From contig CAWFOM010000010.1 of the NCBI GenBank assembly GCA_963817385.1, positions 64,001-128,000 on the forward strand: a stretch of DNA of 64,000 bases, in the 5' to 3' direction. Under the pieces are notes generated by a model, which was not told the origin of the DNA, did not search any database, and saw nothing but the letters and a program-made list of their open reading frames with translations. Shown here piece after piece: positions 45,233 through 57,963 of the stretch. The translations under genes and the position numbers were made by a program. This DNA is from an uncultured delta proteobacterium. GTDB lineage: Bacteria > Desulfobacterota > Syntrophia > Syntrophales > UBA5619. The number at the start of each line of letters is the position of its first letter. The first letter of the stretch is position 1.

Positions 45233-47086
45233 TTGAATCCCCTGCAGAAGAATATAGCCCTGTGGCTTGTGATCAGCCTTGTGTTCGTCATGATTTACCA
45301 CCTTTTCAATCAGCCCAAAACTGCCCAGATGGATGTCATCTACAGCGATTTTTTAAGCTATGTGGATAAGGCCCAGGTCACCGAGGTGACCATCCAGGGT
45401 GACAACATATCCGGCAGACTGAGCACGGGAAAAGCCTTTAAAACTTATGCCCCCAAAGACGCAGGGGTGATTGCCCTGTTGAAGGAAAAAGGAGTAAGGA
45501 TCTCAGCGAAACCGGTTGATGATTCCCCCTGGTACATGACCGTTCTGGTCTCCTGGCTTCCCATGTTGCTGCTGATCGGGGTCTGGATTTTTTTTATGAG
45601 GCAAATGCAGGGTGGGGGCGGTAAGGCTATGGCTTTTGGGAAAAGCAGAGCGCGCCTGGTTACGGACAAGTCAAAAAAGGTCACCTTCGCCGATGTGGCC
45701 GGCATTGAAGAAGCCAAGGCGGAGCTCCAAGAGGTAATCGATTTCCTTCGTGATCCCAAGAAATACACACGCCTGGGAGGGAGGATTCCCAAAGGATTGT
45801 TGCTTGTGGGGCAGCCAGGGACCGGAAAAACCCTCTTGGCGCGGGCCATCGCAGGAGAGGCGGATGTCCCCTTCCTCAGCATCAGCGGTTCGGATTTTGT
45901 AGAGATGTTCGTGGGAGTTGGTGCATCAAGGGTCCGCGATCTCTTTAACCAAGGCAAGAAGAATGCGCCCTGCATAATTTTTATTGATGAAATCGATGCG
46001 GTGGGACGCCACCGCGGTGCCGGTCTGGGAGGGGGACACGACGAGAGAGAACAGACCCTCAATCAACTGCTCGTCGAGATGGACGGTTTCGAATCAAATG
46101 AAGGGGTCATCCTGGTTTCGGCGACAAATCGTCCAGATGTCCTTGATCCAGCGTTACTCCGGCCAGGACGTTTTGACCGCCAGGTCGTCGTGCCTCTGCC
46201 CGATGTCAAGGGGAGAGAAAAGATACTCGAGGTTCATGCTCGGAAAACCCCCCTCGCGGAGGATGTCGATTTCGCGGTCATTGCTCGCGGGACACCCGGT
46301 TTTTCAGGTGCGGACATCGAAAATCTTGTCAACGAGTCAGTCCTTTATGCCGCCAGATTCGGCAAAGAAAAGGTAACCATGAGCGACTTTGAATACGCCA
46401 AGGATAAGGTGCTCATGGGATCGGAACGAAAAAGTATGGTGATCAGCGATGTCGAGAAGAGAAATACGGCCTACCATGAGTCGGGACATGCGTTGGTAGC
46501 AAGGATGTTGCCCGGAACCGATCCGATTCATAAGGTTACTATCATTCCCCGAGGTCACGCCCTCGGGGTGACTCAACAGTTGCCGGTCGACGAGAAACAT
46601 ACCTATCCTCGGGAATTTCTCACAAACAATATCGTAATCCTGCTTGGTGGACGTGCAGCGGAAGAGCTTGTCTTGAAGGACTTTACGACCGGCGCTGGAA
46701 ATGACATAGAACGAGCAACAAATCTCGCTCGAAAAATGGTCTGCGAATGGGGCATGAGCGATCAGATGGGGCCACTCAGTTACGGAAAGAAAGAGGAGCA
46801 GATCTTTCTTGGCCGTGAATTTGCCACTCATAAGGATTATAGTGAGGAAACTGCCCAGAAAATCGACAAGGAAGTTGCACGAATCGTGATGACGAGCTAT
46901 GAGAGCGCAAAGAAGATTCTGTCGGATCGAATTGATATCCTAAACAGAATCGCCTCGGAACTGCTGGAAAAAGAAGTCCTGAATGCACCTGAACTGGATG
47001 AAATTATTGGCATGAAACCTGCCGAGGATACAGTAAATCCCGTACTCGTGGCATCGAAATCTGATGAGTTGCCGCCACGTGAATAA
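45233..47086 (+). CDS. ftsH: ATP-dependent zinc metalloprotease FtsH
   Basis: Two TM helices, [15 protein letters not shown] and HESGH. Confidence 0.97.
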   Translation: MNPLQKNIALWLVISLVFVMIYHLFNQPKTAQMDVIYSDFLSYVDKAQVTEVTIQGDNISGRLSTGKAFKTYAPKDAGVIALLKEKGVRISAKPVDDSPWYMTVLVSWLPMLLLIGVWIFFMRQMQGGGGKAMAFGKSRARLVTDKSKKVTFADVAGIEEAKAELQEVIDFLRDPKKYTRLGGRIPKGLLLVGQPGTGKTLLARAIAGEADVPFLSISGSDFVEMFVGVGASRVRDLFNQGKKNAPCIIFIDEIDAVGRHRGAGLGGGHDEREQTLNQLLVEMDGFESNEGVILVSATNRPDVLDPALLRPGRFDRQVVVPLPDVKGREKILEVHARKTPLAEDVDFAVIARGTPGFSGADIENLVNESVLYAARFGKEKVTMSDFEYAKDKVLMGSERKSMVISDVEKRNTAYHESGHALVARMLPGTDPIHKVTIIPRGHALGVTQQLPVDEKHTYPREFLTNNIVILLGGRAAEELVLKDFTTGAGNDIERATNLARKMVCEWGMSDQMGPLSYGKKEEQIFLGREFATHKDYSEETAQKIDKEVARIVMTSYESAKKILSDRIDILNRIASELLEKEVLNAPELDEIIGMKPAEDTVNPVLVASKSDELPPRE

Positions 47087-47111
47087 ATCATGAAATAATC
47101 GGTTCCAAATA

Positions 47112-48326
47112 ATGGGTAGAAAAGAGCTAAAGGTGAGATACCTGCATATCACCTCCAGGGAGGAGGCCGTGGATGCCCTGAAGGGTGTGGAGGTGGATCC
47201 TTACTGCATCCAGGAGATGCTCCCGAAGATGATTCACCTGAATATCATCCTAGAGGGGATTGAACCCAACGTGGCTGATATCGTCAAACAGGAGATGCTT
47301 TCCGTCGGGGGAGACGCTGCGGTAGGGTATGGTACGCCCCGCTGTTCCATTGCGGAGACTGACGTCATCATTATGGGAACGCTCAAACAGATCCACCGTT
47401 TTATGGAGAAGAGTGCCCGGCAACCCTTCGGATTGAGATTGATCTCCGAACGTATCGGTGAAATTTTGAATAATCTTTATCTGGATTCCGTTTTCCTCCG
47501 AACATCTAGGAGAACTATAAACCTTGGAGAGCGGACGCTGATAATGGGAATTCTCAATGTAACTCCCGATTCCTTTTCCGACGGCGGCAGGTTTACAACA
47601 CCCGAGATGGCCGTGGAAGAGGGAATTCGAATGGCTGGGGAAGGGGCGGATATGATTGACATTGGCGGCGAGTCAACCCGTCCCGGATCAGAGCCCGTTT
47701 CGCACGATGAAGAACTCCGGAGGGTCATTCCGGTCATTCAGGGACTTGCAAAGAGGATCGATATCCCACTGTCGATCGACACGATGAAGGCAGGCGTCGC
47801 ATGTGAGGCCATTGCGGAAGGGGTGGAAATAGTCAACGACATAAGCTCAATGAGTCATGACGATGGTATGGCGAAGGTTGTTGCCAATGCCGGTGCTGCA
47901 GTCATTCTTATGCATATGCGGGGTACACCGAAAACCATGCAGGCTGGCGATCTGACCTATCGTTCCCTTCGGGGAGAAATCATCGCATTTTTACAGGAGC
48001 ATATCGAAAACGCTCGAGAGAAGGGTATCGAAATGGACCGGATTATGGTTGATCCCGGGCTGGGTTTCGGCAAGACGGCGACGGATAATATTCGGTTGAT
48101 CAAGCATCTGGGGGAGCTGAAAGTTCTGGGAAGGCCGATCGTCACCGGGACGTCCCGGAAATCATTTATCGGTCACGTTACAGGAGGGCCTCCTCAAGAG
48201 CGGATTGAAGGTACGGCGGCTGCCGTGACCGCGGCCATTATGAATGGAAGCAGGATTATCCGCGTTCATGACGTTGCCACGATGAAAAAGGTCGCCGCAA
48301 TGGCGGATGCCTTGAACAAGGCATGA
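47112..48326 (+). CDS. folP: Dihydropteroate synthase with an N-terminal extension
   Basis: MGILNVTPDSFSDGG, GGESTRPG, DPGLGFGK, SRKS and RVHDV. Confidence 0.95.
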   Translation: MGRKELKVRYLHITSREEAVDALKGVEVDPYCIQEMLPKMIHLNIILEGIEPNVADIVKQEMLSVGGDAAVGYGTPRCSIAETDVIIMGTLKQIHRFMEKSARQPFGLRLISERIGEILNNLYLDSVFLRTSRRTINLGERTLIMGILNVTPDSFSDGGRFTTPEMAVEEGIRMAGEGADMIDIGGESTRPGSEPVSHDEELRRVIPVIQGLAKRIDIPLSIDTMKAGVACEAIAEGVEIVNDISSMSHDDGMAKVVANAGAAVILMHMRGTPKTMQAGDLTYRSLRGEIIAFLQEHIENAREKGIEMDRIMVDPGLGFGKTATDNIRLIKHLGELKVLGRPIVTGTSRKSFIGHVTGGPPQERIEGTAAAVTAAIMNGSRIIRVHDVATMKKVAAMADALNKA

Positions 48327-48389
48327 CCGCATTAATCGCAGAAGAATGCAATAGTCGCGATTCTTGAAGGACATAAGGCGAACACAGTC

Positions 48390-48881
48390 ATGTCCGTGCA
48401 GAAAAAGTCCCTCGTCCTGTTTTCAAAAAGTCCGTCGGAAACGTTTCGGATCGGTAGGATTCTGGGTGAAGGCCTGAAGAGAGGGGATTGTGTTGCTCTG
48501 ACCGGGGAACTTGGGGCCGGGAAAACGTGTTTGACGCAGGGAATAGCCGAGGGTATGGGAGTTCCGGATTGCTATGCGGTAACCTCACCGACCTTTACAC
48601 TCATCAACGAATATCCCGGAAGAGATGCAGCCCTGTATCATTTGGACGTCTATCGCTTGACCGGATCTGCGGATCTTCAGGAAATGGGGTATGAAGAATA
48701 TCTCCTGGGCAGTGGGGTGATGGTCATTGAGTGGGCTGAGAAGATTATCGATTCCATTCCGGATGAAGCCCTGTGCATCAGATTTTCCTATATGGATGAC
48801 TGCCTACGGAAAATTGAAATAACCGGCTGCCCGGAGAGGATCGATTTCTGGGAACCGGGTCTAAGAAAAGGAGGATGTTAG
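48390..48881 (+). CDS. tsaE: tRNA threonylcarbamoyladenosine biosynthesis ATPase TsaE
   Basis: GELGAGKT, SPTFTL, HLDVYRL and IEWA. Confidence 0.95.
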   Translation: MSVQKKSLVLFSKSPSETFRIGRILGEGLKRGDCVALTGELGAGKTCLTQGIAEGMGVPDCYAVTSPTFTLINEYPGRDAALYHLDVYRLTGSADLQEMGYEEYLLGSGVMVIEWAEKIIDSIPDEALCIRFSYMDDCLRKIEITGCPERIDFWEPGLRKGGC

Positions 48882-48884
48882 CGG

Positions 48885-50105
48885 ATGGCTCTGGTGGTTC
48901 AAAAGTATGGCGGTACCTCGGTTGCCGATCTCGATAAGATCGCCAATGTGGCAAAAAAGGTGATCAGGACAAGGGAAGAGGGGAATAAAGTAGTCGTTGT
49001 CCTGTCGGCGATGGCCGGGGAAACGGATCGACTGATCCAACTAGCCCAGAAGGCTTCAGAAAACCCTTCGGGCAGGGAGTATGATTCACTGATCTCTACG
49101 GGCGAGCAGGTAACAGTCTCCTTACTGTCGATCATGCTCAATGGCATGGGATATCCCGCAAAATCTTTCCTCGGCTTTCAAGTCAGGATCCTGACCGATA
49201 CTGCCTATAAAAAGGCACGCATCTTGAGTGTTGATACAACTGCCATTCGGGAGGAACTGGAAAAGGATATCATTGTGGTCGTTGCCGGTTTCCAGGGTGT
49301 CAACGATGACAACAACATCACCACCCTCGGGCGAGGGGGGTCAGATACCAGTGCTGTAGCCTTGGCCGCTGCACTTAACGCTGATGTCTGCGATATTTAT
49401 ACCGATGTCGATGGTGTTTATACTGCCGACCCCAACATATGCGGCAAGGCCAGGAGACTCGAACGCATCACCTATGACGAAATGCTTGAGATGGCTCGCG
49501 CAGGAGCGAAAGTGCTTCAGCCCCGGTCAGTAGAGTTGGCAAAAAAATACAATGTACCGGTGTATGTGAAATCCTCATTCACAGATGAAGGGGGAACATT
49601 GGTGACCAAGGAGGAGAGTGACATGGAGAAAGAAGTGGTATCCGGCGTAACCTATGATCGAGATCAGGCAAAAATAACGGTGGTTCATGTTCCAGACCGG
49701 CCGGGTGTCGCTGCTCGTCTGTTTACACCCCTTTCAGAGCACAACATCGTTGTTGATATGATCATCCAGAACGCCAGTCTTGCAGGCCATACCGATTTGA
49801 CCTTCACGGTGTCCCGAAAAGATATTGGCGAGGCTAAGAAAATCATTTCCGAGGTGCTTAAGGATGTCGGCGCTGACAAACTAGAGGTCGATGACAATGT
49901 GGCGAAGGTATCAATCATCGGTGTAGGGATGATTAGCCATTCCGGTGTTGCCGCGAAAATGTTCGCAACACTCGCGCGAGAAGGGATCAACATTATGATG
50001 ATCAGCACCTCAGAAATAAAAGTATCCTGCGTCGTTGAAGCAAAATACGCTGAATTGGCAGTTACGGTTCTGCACGATGCCTTCGGTCTGGAAAGGGCAT
50101 CTTAA
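48885..50105 (+). CDS. lysC: Aspartate kinase
   Basis: [18 protein letters not shown] and two ACT domains. Confidence 0.95.
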   Translation: MALVVQKYGGTSVADLDKIANVAKKVIRTREEGNKVVVVLSAMAGETDRLIQLAQKASENPSGREYDSLISTGEQVTVSLLSIMLNGMGYPAKSFLGFQVRILTDTAYKKARILSVDTTAIREELEKDIIVVVAGFQGVNDDNNITTLGRGGSDTSAVALAAALNADVCDIYTDVDGVYTADPNICGKARRLERITYDEMLEMARAGAKVLQPRSVELAKKYNVPVYVKSSFTDEGGTLVTKEESDMEKEVVSGVTYDRDQAKITVVHVPDRPGVAARLFTPLSEHNIVVDMIIQNASLAGHTDLTFTVSRKDIGEAKKIISEVLKDVGADKLEVDDNVAKVSIIGVGMISHSGVAAKMFATLAREGINIMMISTSEIKVSCVVEAKYAELAVTVLHDAFGLERAS

Positions 50106-50666
50106 ATGCGTGTGTGTGAAGGACAGAATCTGGGGGCATTGACTGTTCTGATCGCTTCCATAGCTGTCTATGGCGGGGTTCTGCTCTATGACCGGCAATC
50201 GTTTCCGGAATTATCCCTGTCCTGGGGAAATCAGGGACCGGGTATGATTACCGCTGAGGTAACAAGTGGTCGAGATACCGACGGCATCTATTTTTTACCG
50301 AAAGGGACGGATATTGCAAATATACTGAAAATCATCGGCGTTGAGGGTAAAATAAACGCTGCTGGTTTCACGATGTCTGATAGCGTCGCTATCGCCACCT
50401 CAGCGGCGGGAGCGGCATTGACAATCTGTGATATGCCAGCCATAAGGCGGCTTGCCCTGGGTTTGCAAATTGATTTGAATCGCGCTTCGGCGGAAGATCT
50501 TTCCCATGTACCTGGCATTGGAAAAAAAGCGGCTATTGAGATTGTTCAGCGGCGACAGGCGGTAGGTAAGTTCACGGCAATTTCGGATCTCACCTCTGTT
50601 ACGGGGATCAAAGAAAAAAAATTGATCGGCCTGAAAAAACATCTGACCATTGGATCAACTCCCTGA
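50106..50666 (+). CDS. ComEA-family helix-hairpin-helix DNA-binding protein
   Basis: N-terminal TM helix and IDLNRASAEDL..VPGIG / VTGI HhH pair. Confidence 0.8.
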   Translation: MRVCEGQNLGALTVLIASIAVYGGVLLYDRQSFPELSLSWGNQGPGMITAEVTSGRDTDGIYFLPKGTDIANILKIIGVEGKINAAGFTMSDSVAIATSAAGAALTICDMPAIRRLALGLQIDLNRASAEDLSHVPGIGKKAAIEIVQRRQAVGKFTAISDLTSVTGIKEKKLIGLKKHLTIGSTP

Positions 50667-50745
50667 TAGACAAAACGCTTGCCACGAGAAGATAGGGCGG
50701 GCAACGAAGATCGTAGTTGATACTGCGTCCTTGTCTTGAACCCTG

Positions 50746-51348
50746 TCAGGGGGTTTGTTTTCCGTTGCTGTATTTGTCGAAATAATCGAGAACACGCCTG
50801 ACGTAGGTCTGAGTTTCCTGGTAAGGAGGGATGCGATTGTTGTAGCGCAGGACGGTGTTTTCCCCAGCGTTGTAAGCGGCAAGCACTAGGGGTAGATTTC
50901 CATTAAACAGGTTCATGAGATAGCGTAGGTAGCGAACACCGCCATCGATATTATTTTCCGGTTGAAAAGAATCCTGGACTTGAAGTGTGGCCGCTGTTGC
51001 CGGCATGAGTTGCATCAATCCCCGTGCTCCCACTGGTGAAACGGCACGGTGATTGAAGTTTGATTCCGCCTTGATAATTGCCTTAACAAGGGCGGAGTCA
51101 ACGCGATATCGCTCCGAGGCTTTGACAATGAGATCTTCGTAGTTGGTCATGGGACCTTTCAACTGAACGATAACCCTTTTCTCCTTCATAATCAGGATAT
51201 AAGGAACATTATTCTCAGTGGGAGTGTTAGTAATATGAATGACCCCATCAATATCCACATATTTGTAAATATCCCCCCGACACACGGAAGAAGAAAAGAA
51301 GAACAGGATAAAAAAAACAAAAATCGGGGGAATCCACTTATGTCTCAT
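50746..51348 (-). CDS. Lytic transglycosylase (SLT) with a DUF4124-like N-terminus
   Basis: Signal peptide, IYKYVD.DGVIHITN, AES.FN, GLMQLMP and AAYNAG. Start approximate. Confidence 0.9.
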   Translation of the reverse strand: MRHKWIPPIFVFFILFFFSSSVCRGDIYKYVDIDGVIHITNTPTENNVPYILIMKEKRVIVQLKGPMTNYEDLIVKASERYRVDSALVKAIIKAESNFNHRAVSPVGARGLMQLMPATAATLQVQDSFQPENNIDGGVRYLRYLMNLFNGNLPLVLAAYNAGENTVLRYNNRIPPYQETQTYVRRVLDYFDKYSNGKQTP

Positions 51349-51492
51349 ATATACCCTGCATTGTACCGTCCGATTCAACATAAAAAATATTATACTTTAA
51401 CAGTACCGCAAATTCAAGTATTTTGTGATTCATTACTCTTGACATGAATTATTGAAGGTGGTAAGTACCTGTAAAATTGAACTGATTCGAGT

Positions 51493-51569
51493 CGGGGCGT
51501 GGCGCAGTCTGGTAGCGTATCTGAATGGGGTTCAGAGGGCCGGTGGTTCAAATCCACTCGCCCCGACCA
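51493..51569 (+). tRNA. tRNA-Pro(GGG)
   Basis: 77-nt cloverleaf with anticodon arm TCTGA-ATGGGGT-TCAGA and CCA end. Confidence 0.95.
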
Positions 51570-51576
51570 ATTAATA

Positions 51577-51601
51577 AAAAACCGCCAATTGGCGGTTTTT
51601 T
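51577..51601 (+). terminator. Palindromic terminator after tRNA-Pro
   Basis: AAAAACCGCC-AATT-GGCGGTTTTT. Confidence 0.75.
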
Positions 51602-51681
51602 GATATATTCTGAAGGCGCTTACGACAATGAATATTGACAATCGTAGAGGCAATGCATATAAGGAGATCAGCTTCTACCAT

Positions 51682-51768
51682 GCGAGAGTGGCGGAATTGG
51701 TAGACGCACTGGACTTAGGATCCAGCCCGCCTGAGCGGATAGGGGTTCAACTCCCCTCTCTCGCACCA
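51682..51768 (+). tRNA. tRNA-Leu(TAG)
   Basis: Long variable arm, anticodon arm CTGGA-CTTAGGA-TCCAG and CCA end. Lies upstream of tig. Confidence 0.95.
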
Positions 51769-51815
51769 ATCATTGGATCATCAAAAAGGATATAATATTT
51801 AAGGAGCATATTGAC

Positions 51816-53150
51816 GTGAGTGACATCAGTGCCGCGGTAAAGATTGTGGATATCAGTTCCGTAAAGAAGAAACTTTCATTTGATATCCCATGGGCGGATG
51901 TAAAAACCGAGTTGGATACGGTTTATCGAAATGTCGGAAGGACCGCAAAGGTAAAAGGGTTCAGACCGGGCAAGATTCCCAGGGCGATACTCGAGAAACT
52001 CTACCGGGTGCAGGCAGAGGAAGAGACAGTGTCCAATCTGGTGAATAGGTATTACTGGGAAGCGGTGCAGGAAAAAGATATTCCGTCAGTTACCCGTCCG
52101 CAGATCGATCAAACGGGGATAGAACAGGAAAAGGTGTTTACTTTTTCAGCCACTATCGAAGTCGAACCAACTATCGAACCCAGAGATTATCTAGGGCTTG
52201 AACTTATCAGGGAAGATCCGGTGGTTACAGAAAAGGATATTGAGGCGAGACTGCAGGAAATCCGGCACATGTTTGCAACGATGGAGGATCTGAATGAAGA
52301 TCGGGGGGTGGTCGCAGGGGATTTTGTAACGCTCGATTTTGTAGGTTCCGTTGCGGGAGAATCGTATAATGAGCTGACATCTGAAAATTATTTACTGGAA
52401 ATCGGATCAAAGACATTCGTGCCCGGTTTTGAAGATCAACTGATCAGTATGAAAAAAGGGGAAGCGCGGTCCATCTTCGTTAAATTTCCCGAGAACTACA
52501 ACGCGGCGCATCTTGCAGGGAAAGATGCAGAATTTAAAGTACATGTTCAAGGAATACGTATCAAGAAATTACCAGAGATCGATGCCGATTTTGTAAAGAA
52601 TTTCGAACGATACAAGTCACTGGACGCCCTGAAGGCCGATGTTCGCAAGAACGTCGAAGAAGAGAAGAAGCGTAAAATCGCAGCAGAATTTGATAGGAGC
52701 ATCGACGACAAACTTCTTATGAAAAATGACTTTGAAGTTCCGGAATCCTATGTCGAGCGTCAGATCTATTATATGATGTCCGATACGCAGCGAAGAATGG
52801 TCTCAAACGGTATGGATCCAAAAAAGGCGGCGGAATTCAGTTTTAAACTCCATGATCAGTTCCGAGAAGAGGCGACCAGGATCGTAAAAACAGGTCTGCT
52901 ACTAACAAGCATTGCTCGGAAAGAGTCACTGACTGTCGATGATGAGGAAGTGGAAAAGGAGATCCGGGAAATTGCGTCACAAAAGGCTCAAGATTATGAA
53001 TCTTTCAAAAAATCGCTTGAAAAGGATAGCTTGATTGAAAATGTCAAAAATGAGATCTTGACCCGTAAGACGTATCAATTCCTGGCGGCAAAAGCCGTGG
53101 TTACGGTCATAAAAAATGAGAAAATAGGAGTCCCGGAGGAAGAAAAATGA
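51816..53150 (+). CDS. tig: Trigger factor
   Basis: GFRPGK ribosome-binding signature, FKBP domain (FVPGFEDQL) and tig-clpP-clpX-lon order. Confidence 0.95.
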   Translation: MSDISAAVKIVDISSVKKKLSFDIPWADVKTELDTVYRNVGRTAKVKGFRPGKIPRAILEKLYRVQAEEETVSNLVNRYYWEAVQEKDIPSVTRPQIDQTGIEQEKVFTFSATIEVEPTIEPRDYLGLELIREDPVVTEKDIEARLQEIRHMFATMEDLNEDRGVVAGDFVTLDFVGSVAGESYNELTSENYLLEIGSKTFVPGFEDQLISMKKGEARSIFVKFPENYNAAHLAGKDAEFKVHVQGIRIKKLPEIDADFVKNFERYKSLDALKADVRKNVEEEKKRKIAAEFDRSIDDKLLMKNDFEVPESYVERQIYYMMSDTQRRMVSNGMDPKKAAEFSFKLHDQFREEATRIVKTGLLLTSIARKESLTVDDEEVEKEIREIASQKAQDYESFKKSLEKDSLIENVKNEILTRKTYQFLAAKAVVTVIKNEKIGVPEEEK

Positions 53151-53731
53151 CTCTGATACCTATGGTAGTTGAGCAGGACGGTAGGGGAGAAAGGGCCTAT
53201 GATATTTATTCAAGGCTTCTCAAGGATCGCATCATTTTTCTTGGAACGGCAATCGATGACGATGTTGCAAACCTTATAATCGCACAGATGCTTTATCTGG
53301 AATCAGAAGATCCTGACAAGGAAATCTTTTTTTATATCAATAGTCCAGGGGGGCATGTCAGTTCGGGCCTCGCTATTTATGATACGATGCGGTATATTAA
53401 ACCTCCTGTGTCTACGGTCTGCATGGGACAGGCGGCCAGCATGGGCGCCCTGCTCCTCGCGGCGGGGCAAAAAGGGAAGCGATATGCTCTGCCCCATTCG
53501 AGAATACTGATCCATCAGCCGTTGGGTGGATTTCAAGGACAGGCAACGGACATCGATATTCAGGCACGAGAGATTCTGAGGCTCAAAGAAGAACTGAATC
53601 ATATTCTTGCCGATTTGACAGGTCAACCAATTGATAAAATTACTTCCGATACGGAGCGGGATTATTTTATGATCAGTGAGCAGGCAAAGCAATATGGCAT
53701 CATCGACGAGATAATCATTAAGAAAATTTAA
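53147..53731 (+). CDS. clpP: ClpP protease proteolytic subunit
   Basis: [21 protein letters not shown] and IHQP. Confidence 0.97.
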   Translation: MTLIPMVVEQDGRGERAYDIYSRLLKDRIIFLGTAIDDDVANLIIAQMLYLESEDPDKEIFFYINSPGGHVSSGLAIYDTMRYIKPPVSTVCMGQAASMGALLLAAGQKGKRYALPHSRILIHQPLGGFQGQATDIDIQAREILRLKEELNHILADLTGQPIDKITSDTERDYFMISEQAKQYGIIDEIIIKKI

Positions 53732-53756
53732 AAATTATCAGCGATAGGGGTTTTTC

Positions 53757-55019
53757 ATGGCAAAAAAAGGAAGAGATCAACAGGATGGGCAGGGACTTCT
53801 CTTTTGCTCCTTCTGTGGAAAAAATCAAAATGAAGTAAAAAAATTGGTCGCCGGTCCCACGGCATATATCTGCGATGAGTGCATTGAACTGTGCCGGTGT
53901 ATCGTAGAAGAAGAGTGTGAAAGACCGGTTTCGGACGAATTCCGCAAAGGAATCCCCGAACCTAAAGATATCACAAAATTTCTTGATCAGTACGTAATTG
54001 GCCAGGAAAGGTCAAAGAAGGTCCTCTCCGTCGCTGTTTATAATCACTACCGACGGCTTTTTTCCCCTGCCGATATGGGAGGAGTTGATATCCAGAAGAG
54101 CAACATCCTTCTCATCGGTCCAACCGGCTCAGGAAAAACGCTTCTGGCAAAGACAATGGCAAAAATGTTGAACGTCCCTTTTACCATTGCCGATGCAACG
54201 ACACTTACAGAGGCAGGATATGTAGGTGAAGATGTGGAGAATATCATTCTTAGCCTCCTTCAGAATTCAGATTACGATGTGGAGAGAGCGTCAAAGGGGA
54301 TAGTATATATCGATGAGATCGATAAGATTTCGAAAAAATCCGGCAATCCATCGATCACCAGAGATGTATCAGGCGAAGGGGTTCAGCAGGCACTTCTCAA
54401 GATTATTGAAGGGACTACAGCCAACATCCCGCCCAAGGGGGGAAGAAAGCACCCGCAGCAGGAATTTATTCAGGTGGACACAACCAACATCCTGTTTATC
54501 TGTGGCGGAGCTTTCAATGATCTTGATGATATTATCGCTCGTCGCGTTGGTTTCAACGCTATGGGTTTCGGGGCAGAAATCAGAAGTAAAAAGCAAAAGA
54601 GGACGGATCAGCTTTTGCAAGAGGTACAGCCAGAGGATCTTCTGAAATTCGGCTTGATTCCAGAATTCATCGGTAGACTGCCGGTTATCGCCACACTGAA
54701 TGAACTAACGCAGGAGGATCTGATCAGGATACTCGTTGAACCCAAGGACGCCATTATTCGGCAGTACCAGAAACTATTTGAACTAGAAGGCGTCAAACTG
54801 AAATTTACCGAAGGTTCGCTACGGGCTATTGCAAAGCTTTCAGTGGAGCGGAAGTCTGGAGCACGTGGATTGCGCGCCATACTAGAAAATACCATGCTCG
54901 ATATCATGTATGAACTACCCTCGACGAATGACGTGAAGGAATGTGTCATCAGCGAGGAGGTCGTCTTGAACAAGGAAAAACCGATTCTCCTTTTCGAAAA
55001 GAAGTCAGAAACCGCTTGA
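53757..55019 (+). CDS. clpX: ClpX ATPase
   Basis: CSFC zinc finger, GPTGSGKT and [10 protein letters not shown]. Confidence 0.97.
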   Translation: MAKKGRDQQDGQGLLFCSFCGKNQNEVKKLVAGPTAYICDECIELCRCIVEEECERPVSDEFRKGIPEPKDITKFLDQYVIGQERSKKVLSVAVYNHYRRLFSPADMGGVDIQKSNILLIGPTGSGKTLLAKTMAKMLNVPFTIADATTLTEAGYVGEDVENIILSLLQNSDYDVERASKGIVYIDEIDKISKKSGNPSITRDVSGEGVQQALLKIIEGTTANIPPKGGRKHPQQEFIQVDTTNILFICGGAFNDLDDIIARRVGFNAMGFGAEIRSKKQKRTDQLLQEVQPEDLLKFGLIPEFIGRLPVIATLNELTQEDLIRILVEPKDAIIRQYQKLFELEGVKLKFTEGSLRAIAKLSVERKSGARGLRAILENTMLDIMYELPSTNDVKECVISEEVVLNKEKPILLFEKKSETA

Positions 55020-55046
55020 TTATAAGCGCAATTATAGGAAGATGAT

Positions 55047-57533
55047 ATGATGTATGATAGAGAAGACAACGGGGAAACTAAAGGGAAAACAGCTGAAATA
55101 CCGCTTTTGCCGCTGAGGGATGTTGTTGTATTCCCCCATATGATTGTTCCCCTCTTTGTAGGTAGAGAACGGTCCATTGCCGCCTTGGAGTCTGCTATGA
55201 AGGACGAAAAAGGGATCTTTATGGCGGCTCAGAAAAGTGCGCAGAAAGATGATCCCGGCGAAGATGACATTTACTGTATCGGCACGATCGGAATCATAAT
55301 CCAGCTCCTCCGTCTTCCCGATGGTACAGTCAAGGTTCTGGTCGAGGGGAAAAAGCGGGGAGTCATACGCGCGTACCTCCCCAGTGAAGATTTTTTTCTC
55401 GTCCAGGCTGAAGAGCTTGAAGAGATTGATGAGGTACCGGATAGGGTAAAACTGGAAGCATTGATGAGAAGCATCAGGGAGTCATTTGAAACCTATGCCA
55501 AGATGACAAAGAAAGTTCATCTTGAAATTGTAGGAACGATCGCTTCCATCGAAGATTCGTCCAAACTGGCCGATGTCGTCATAGCTCAGATCAGTGCCAA
55601 ATTAGAAGACAAACAGAAGATTCTTGAGATATGCAATGTTTCCGAGAGAATGGAAACAATCTATGAGCTGATGCTTTCGGAAATCGAAATCCTTCAGGTT
55701 GAAGAGAAGATTAAAAGACGGGTCAAGAAGCAGATGGAAAAGACCCAAAAGGACTACTACCTCAACGAACAGATGCGGGCCATTCAAAAGGAAATGGGTG
55801 AGAAAGATGAATTTCGAAATGAAATTGCTGATCTTGAAAAACGACTGAAACAGAAAAAACTCTCAGAAGAGGCTCAAAAGAAGGTCAAACAGGAAATAAA
55901 AAAGATGCAGATGATGGCTCCGATGTCTGCTGAGGCAACGGTGGTACGAAATTACATCGACTGGCTTCTCGATATGCCATGGTCGGAGAAAACGGAGAAT
56001 AAATATACCCTAAATGAATCGGAGACTATTCTCGAAGAAGACCATTATGGCCTTAAGCAGGTCAAGGAACGTATCATAGAATATTTGGCTGTGCAGACGT
56101 TGGTAAAGAAGAATAAGGGGCCCATTCTGTGCTTGGTGGGACCTCCTGGTGTGGGCAAGACCTCGATTGCCAAATCAGTAGCTCGTGCTACCAATCGGAA
56201 GTTCGTCCGACTATCACTCGGCGGCGTGAGAGATGAGGCAGAAATCAGGGGCCACCGGCGTACGTATATAGGTGCCATGCCGGGTAAGATCATTCAACTC
56301 CTTAAAAAAGCCGGAACGAATAATCCGGTCTTTTGTTTGGATGAGGTGGATAAGGTAAGTTCTGATTTCCGAGGTGATCCTTCTTCTGCCTTGCTTGAAG
56401 TTCTCGACCCTGAGCAGAACTATGCCTTCAACGATAACTATCTGGAAGTAGACTATGATCTCTCCGACATCATGTTCATAACGACGGCAAATGTGTTGCA
56501 GACTATTCCTGCGCCACTGCAAGACAGGATGGAGGTCATACGACTGGCTGGTTATACGGAACCCGAGAAGCTGAATATTGCGAAGCGATTTCTTGTGCCA
56601 AAGGAGATGGAAGCCAACGGTCTCAAAAAAGACAGTGTTTTTTTTACCGACGGTTCCCTCCTGACGATCATTCGTCAATACACGCGAGAGGCGGGAGTAA
56701 GGAATTTGGAAAGGGAAATTGCCTCGATCTGCCGGAAGGTAGCTAAGAAGATTGTTGAAGAGGGCGGTAAAAGTCGAATCAGGATATCCTCTAAATCAGT
56801 GCAAAGTTATTTAAGTGTGCCGAAATTTCGCCATGGAGAAACTGAGGGCAGAGATGAGATCGGTCTTGCTATTGGCCTTGCCTGGACTGAAGTCGGTGGA
56901 GAGCTTCTGGCTATTGAGGCCTCCATTATGCAGGGGACGGGCAAGATGATCCTGACCGGAAAACTCGGAGATGTCATGCAGGAATCGGCGCAAGCGGCAC
57001 TCACATACGTGCGCGCCCGGGCAGGGATGTTCGGACTGTCGGAAGGATTCTACAAGGAAACAGATATTCATGTGCATGTCCCGGAAGGAGCCATTCCGAA
57101 AGACGGACCATCAGCCGGTATTACCATGGCCACTTCCATCGCCTCCGCTTTTATCAAACGCAAAGTCAGAGGTGATCTGGCCATGACTGGCGAGATCACC
57201 CTGAGAGGCAGAGTCCTGCCGATCGGTGGACTTAAAGAAAAACTGCTCGCCGCGCATCGAGGGGATATTCGGCATGTTATTATCCCCAAGGATAATGAAA
57301 AGGATCTGGCTGATGTTCCTGCAAATGTCCTGAAGAATCTTGAAATCATCCTCGTTGATCACGTAGATGAAGTATTGAAGTATGCCCTGCTGCCCACCGA
57401 AAATATTCCCGAGAGCATCGAATTGGGGGGAGAGTCGGCAGTTGGGAGAACTACTACTGCACCTTTGCATGCATCGTGTGCTGAGGCAGGGATAATAAAC
57501 TTAATCCTTGACAACAGGGGGCATAGCTGTTAG
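55047..57533 (+). CDS. lon: Lon protease
   Basis: [25 protein letters not shown] and IGGLKEK. Confidence 0.97.
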   Translation: MMYDREDNGETKGKTAEIPLLPLRDVVVFPHMIVPLFVGRERSIAALESAMKDEKGIFMAAQKSAQKDDPGEDDIYCIGTIGIIIQLLRLPDGTVKVLVEGKKRGVIRAYLPSEDFFLVQAEELEEIDEVPDRVKLEALMRSIRESFETYAKMTKKVHLEIVGTIASIEDSSKLADVVIAQISAKLEDKQKILEICNVSERMETIYELMLSEIEILQVEEKIKRRVKKQMEKTQKDYYLNEQMRAIQKEMGEKDEFRNEIADLEKRLKQKKLSEEAQKKVKQEIKKMQMMAPMSAEATVVRNYIDWLLDMPWSEKTENKYTLNESETILEEDHYGLKQVKERIIEYLAVQTLVKKNKGPILCLVGPPGVGKTSIAKSVARATNRKFVRLSLGGVRDEAEIRGHRRTYIGAMPGKIIQLLKKAGTNNPVFCLDEVDKVSSDFRGDPSSALLEVLDPEQNYAFNDNYLEVDYDLSDIMFITTANVLQTIPAPLQDRMEVIRLAGYTEPEKLNIAKRFLVPKEMEANGLKKDSVFFTDGSLLTIIRQYTREAGVRNLEREIASICRKVAKKIVEEGGKSRIRISSKSVQSYLSVPKFRHGETEGRDEIGLAIGLAWTEVGGELLAIEASIMQGTGKMILTGKLGDVMQESAQAALTYVRARAGMFGLSEGFYKETDIHVHVPEGAIPKDGPSAGITMATSIASAFIKRKVRGDLAMTGEITLRGRVLPIGGLKEKLLAAHRGDIRHVIIPKDNEKDLADVPANVLKNLEIILVDHVDEVLKYALLPTENIPESIELGGESAVGRTTTAPLHASCAEAGIINLILDNRGHSC

Positions 57534-57562
57534 TAACTTCACCCATAATCGGGTGGTGATAT

Positions 57563-57638
57563 GGGCGGGTAGCTCAGTTGGGAGAGCGCCACGCTTACAC
57601 CGTGGATGTCACAGGTTCAAGTCCTGTTCCGCCTACCA
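57563..57638 (+). tRNA. tRNA-Val(TAC)
   Basis: Anticodon arm CCACG-CTTACAC-CGTGG and CCA end. Confidence 0.95.
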
Positions 57639-57725
57639 TGGTTATTAAGAAATCATGAAGACCGACCGGTGCGAAGCACGAGCGGTAATATCGGGTTTCA
57701 GTAGCTAATAAAGAAGCTATATTTC

Positions 57726-57802
<77 letters not shown>

Positions 57803-57808
57803 TAGCTA

Positions 57809-57850
57809 AAAGGGGGTTGGCCAGCAATGGTTAGCCCCCTTTCTCTTTTT
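57809..57850 (+). terminator. Intrinsic terminator after tRNA-Asp
   Basis: AGGGGGTTGGCCA-gcaa-TGGTTAGCCCCCT followed by a T-rich tract. Confidence 0.8.
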
Positions 57851-57963
57851 ATTGTGAAATTTCGGAGGTGGGATATTCAGTGGATGAGCCGGGTGCTCGG
57901 ACTTGGAAAGATGACATTCTGATCTCTGTCTTGAGATACCGGCCGATGAATCTGAAACCATAT

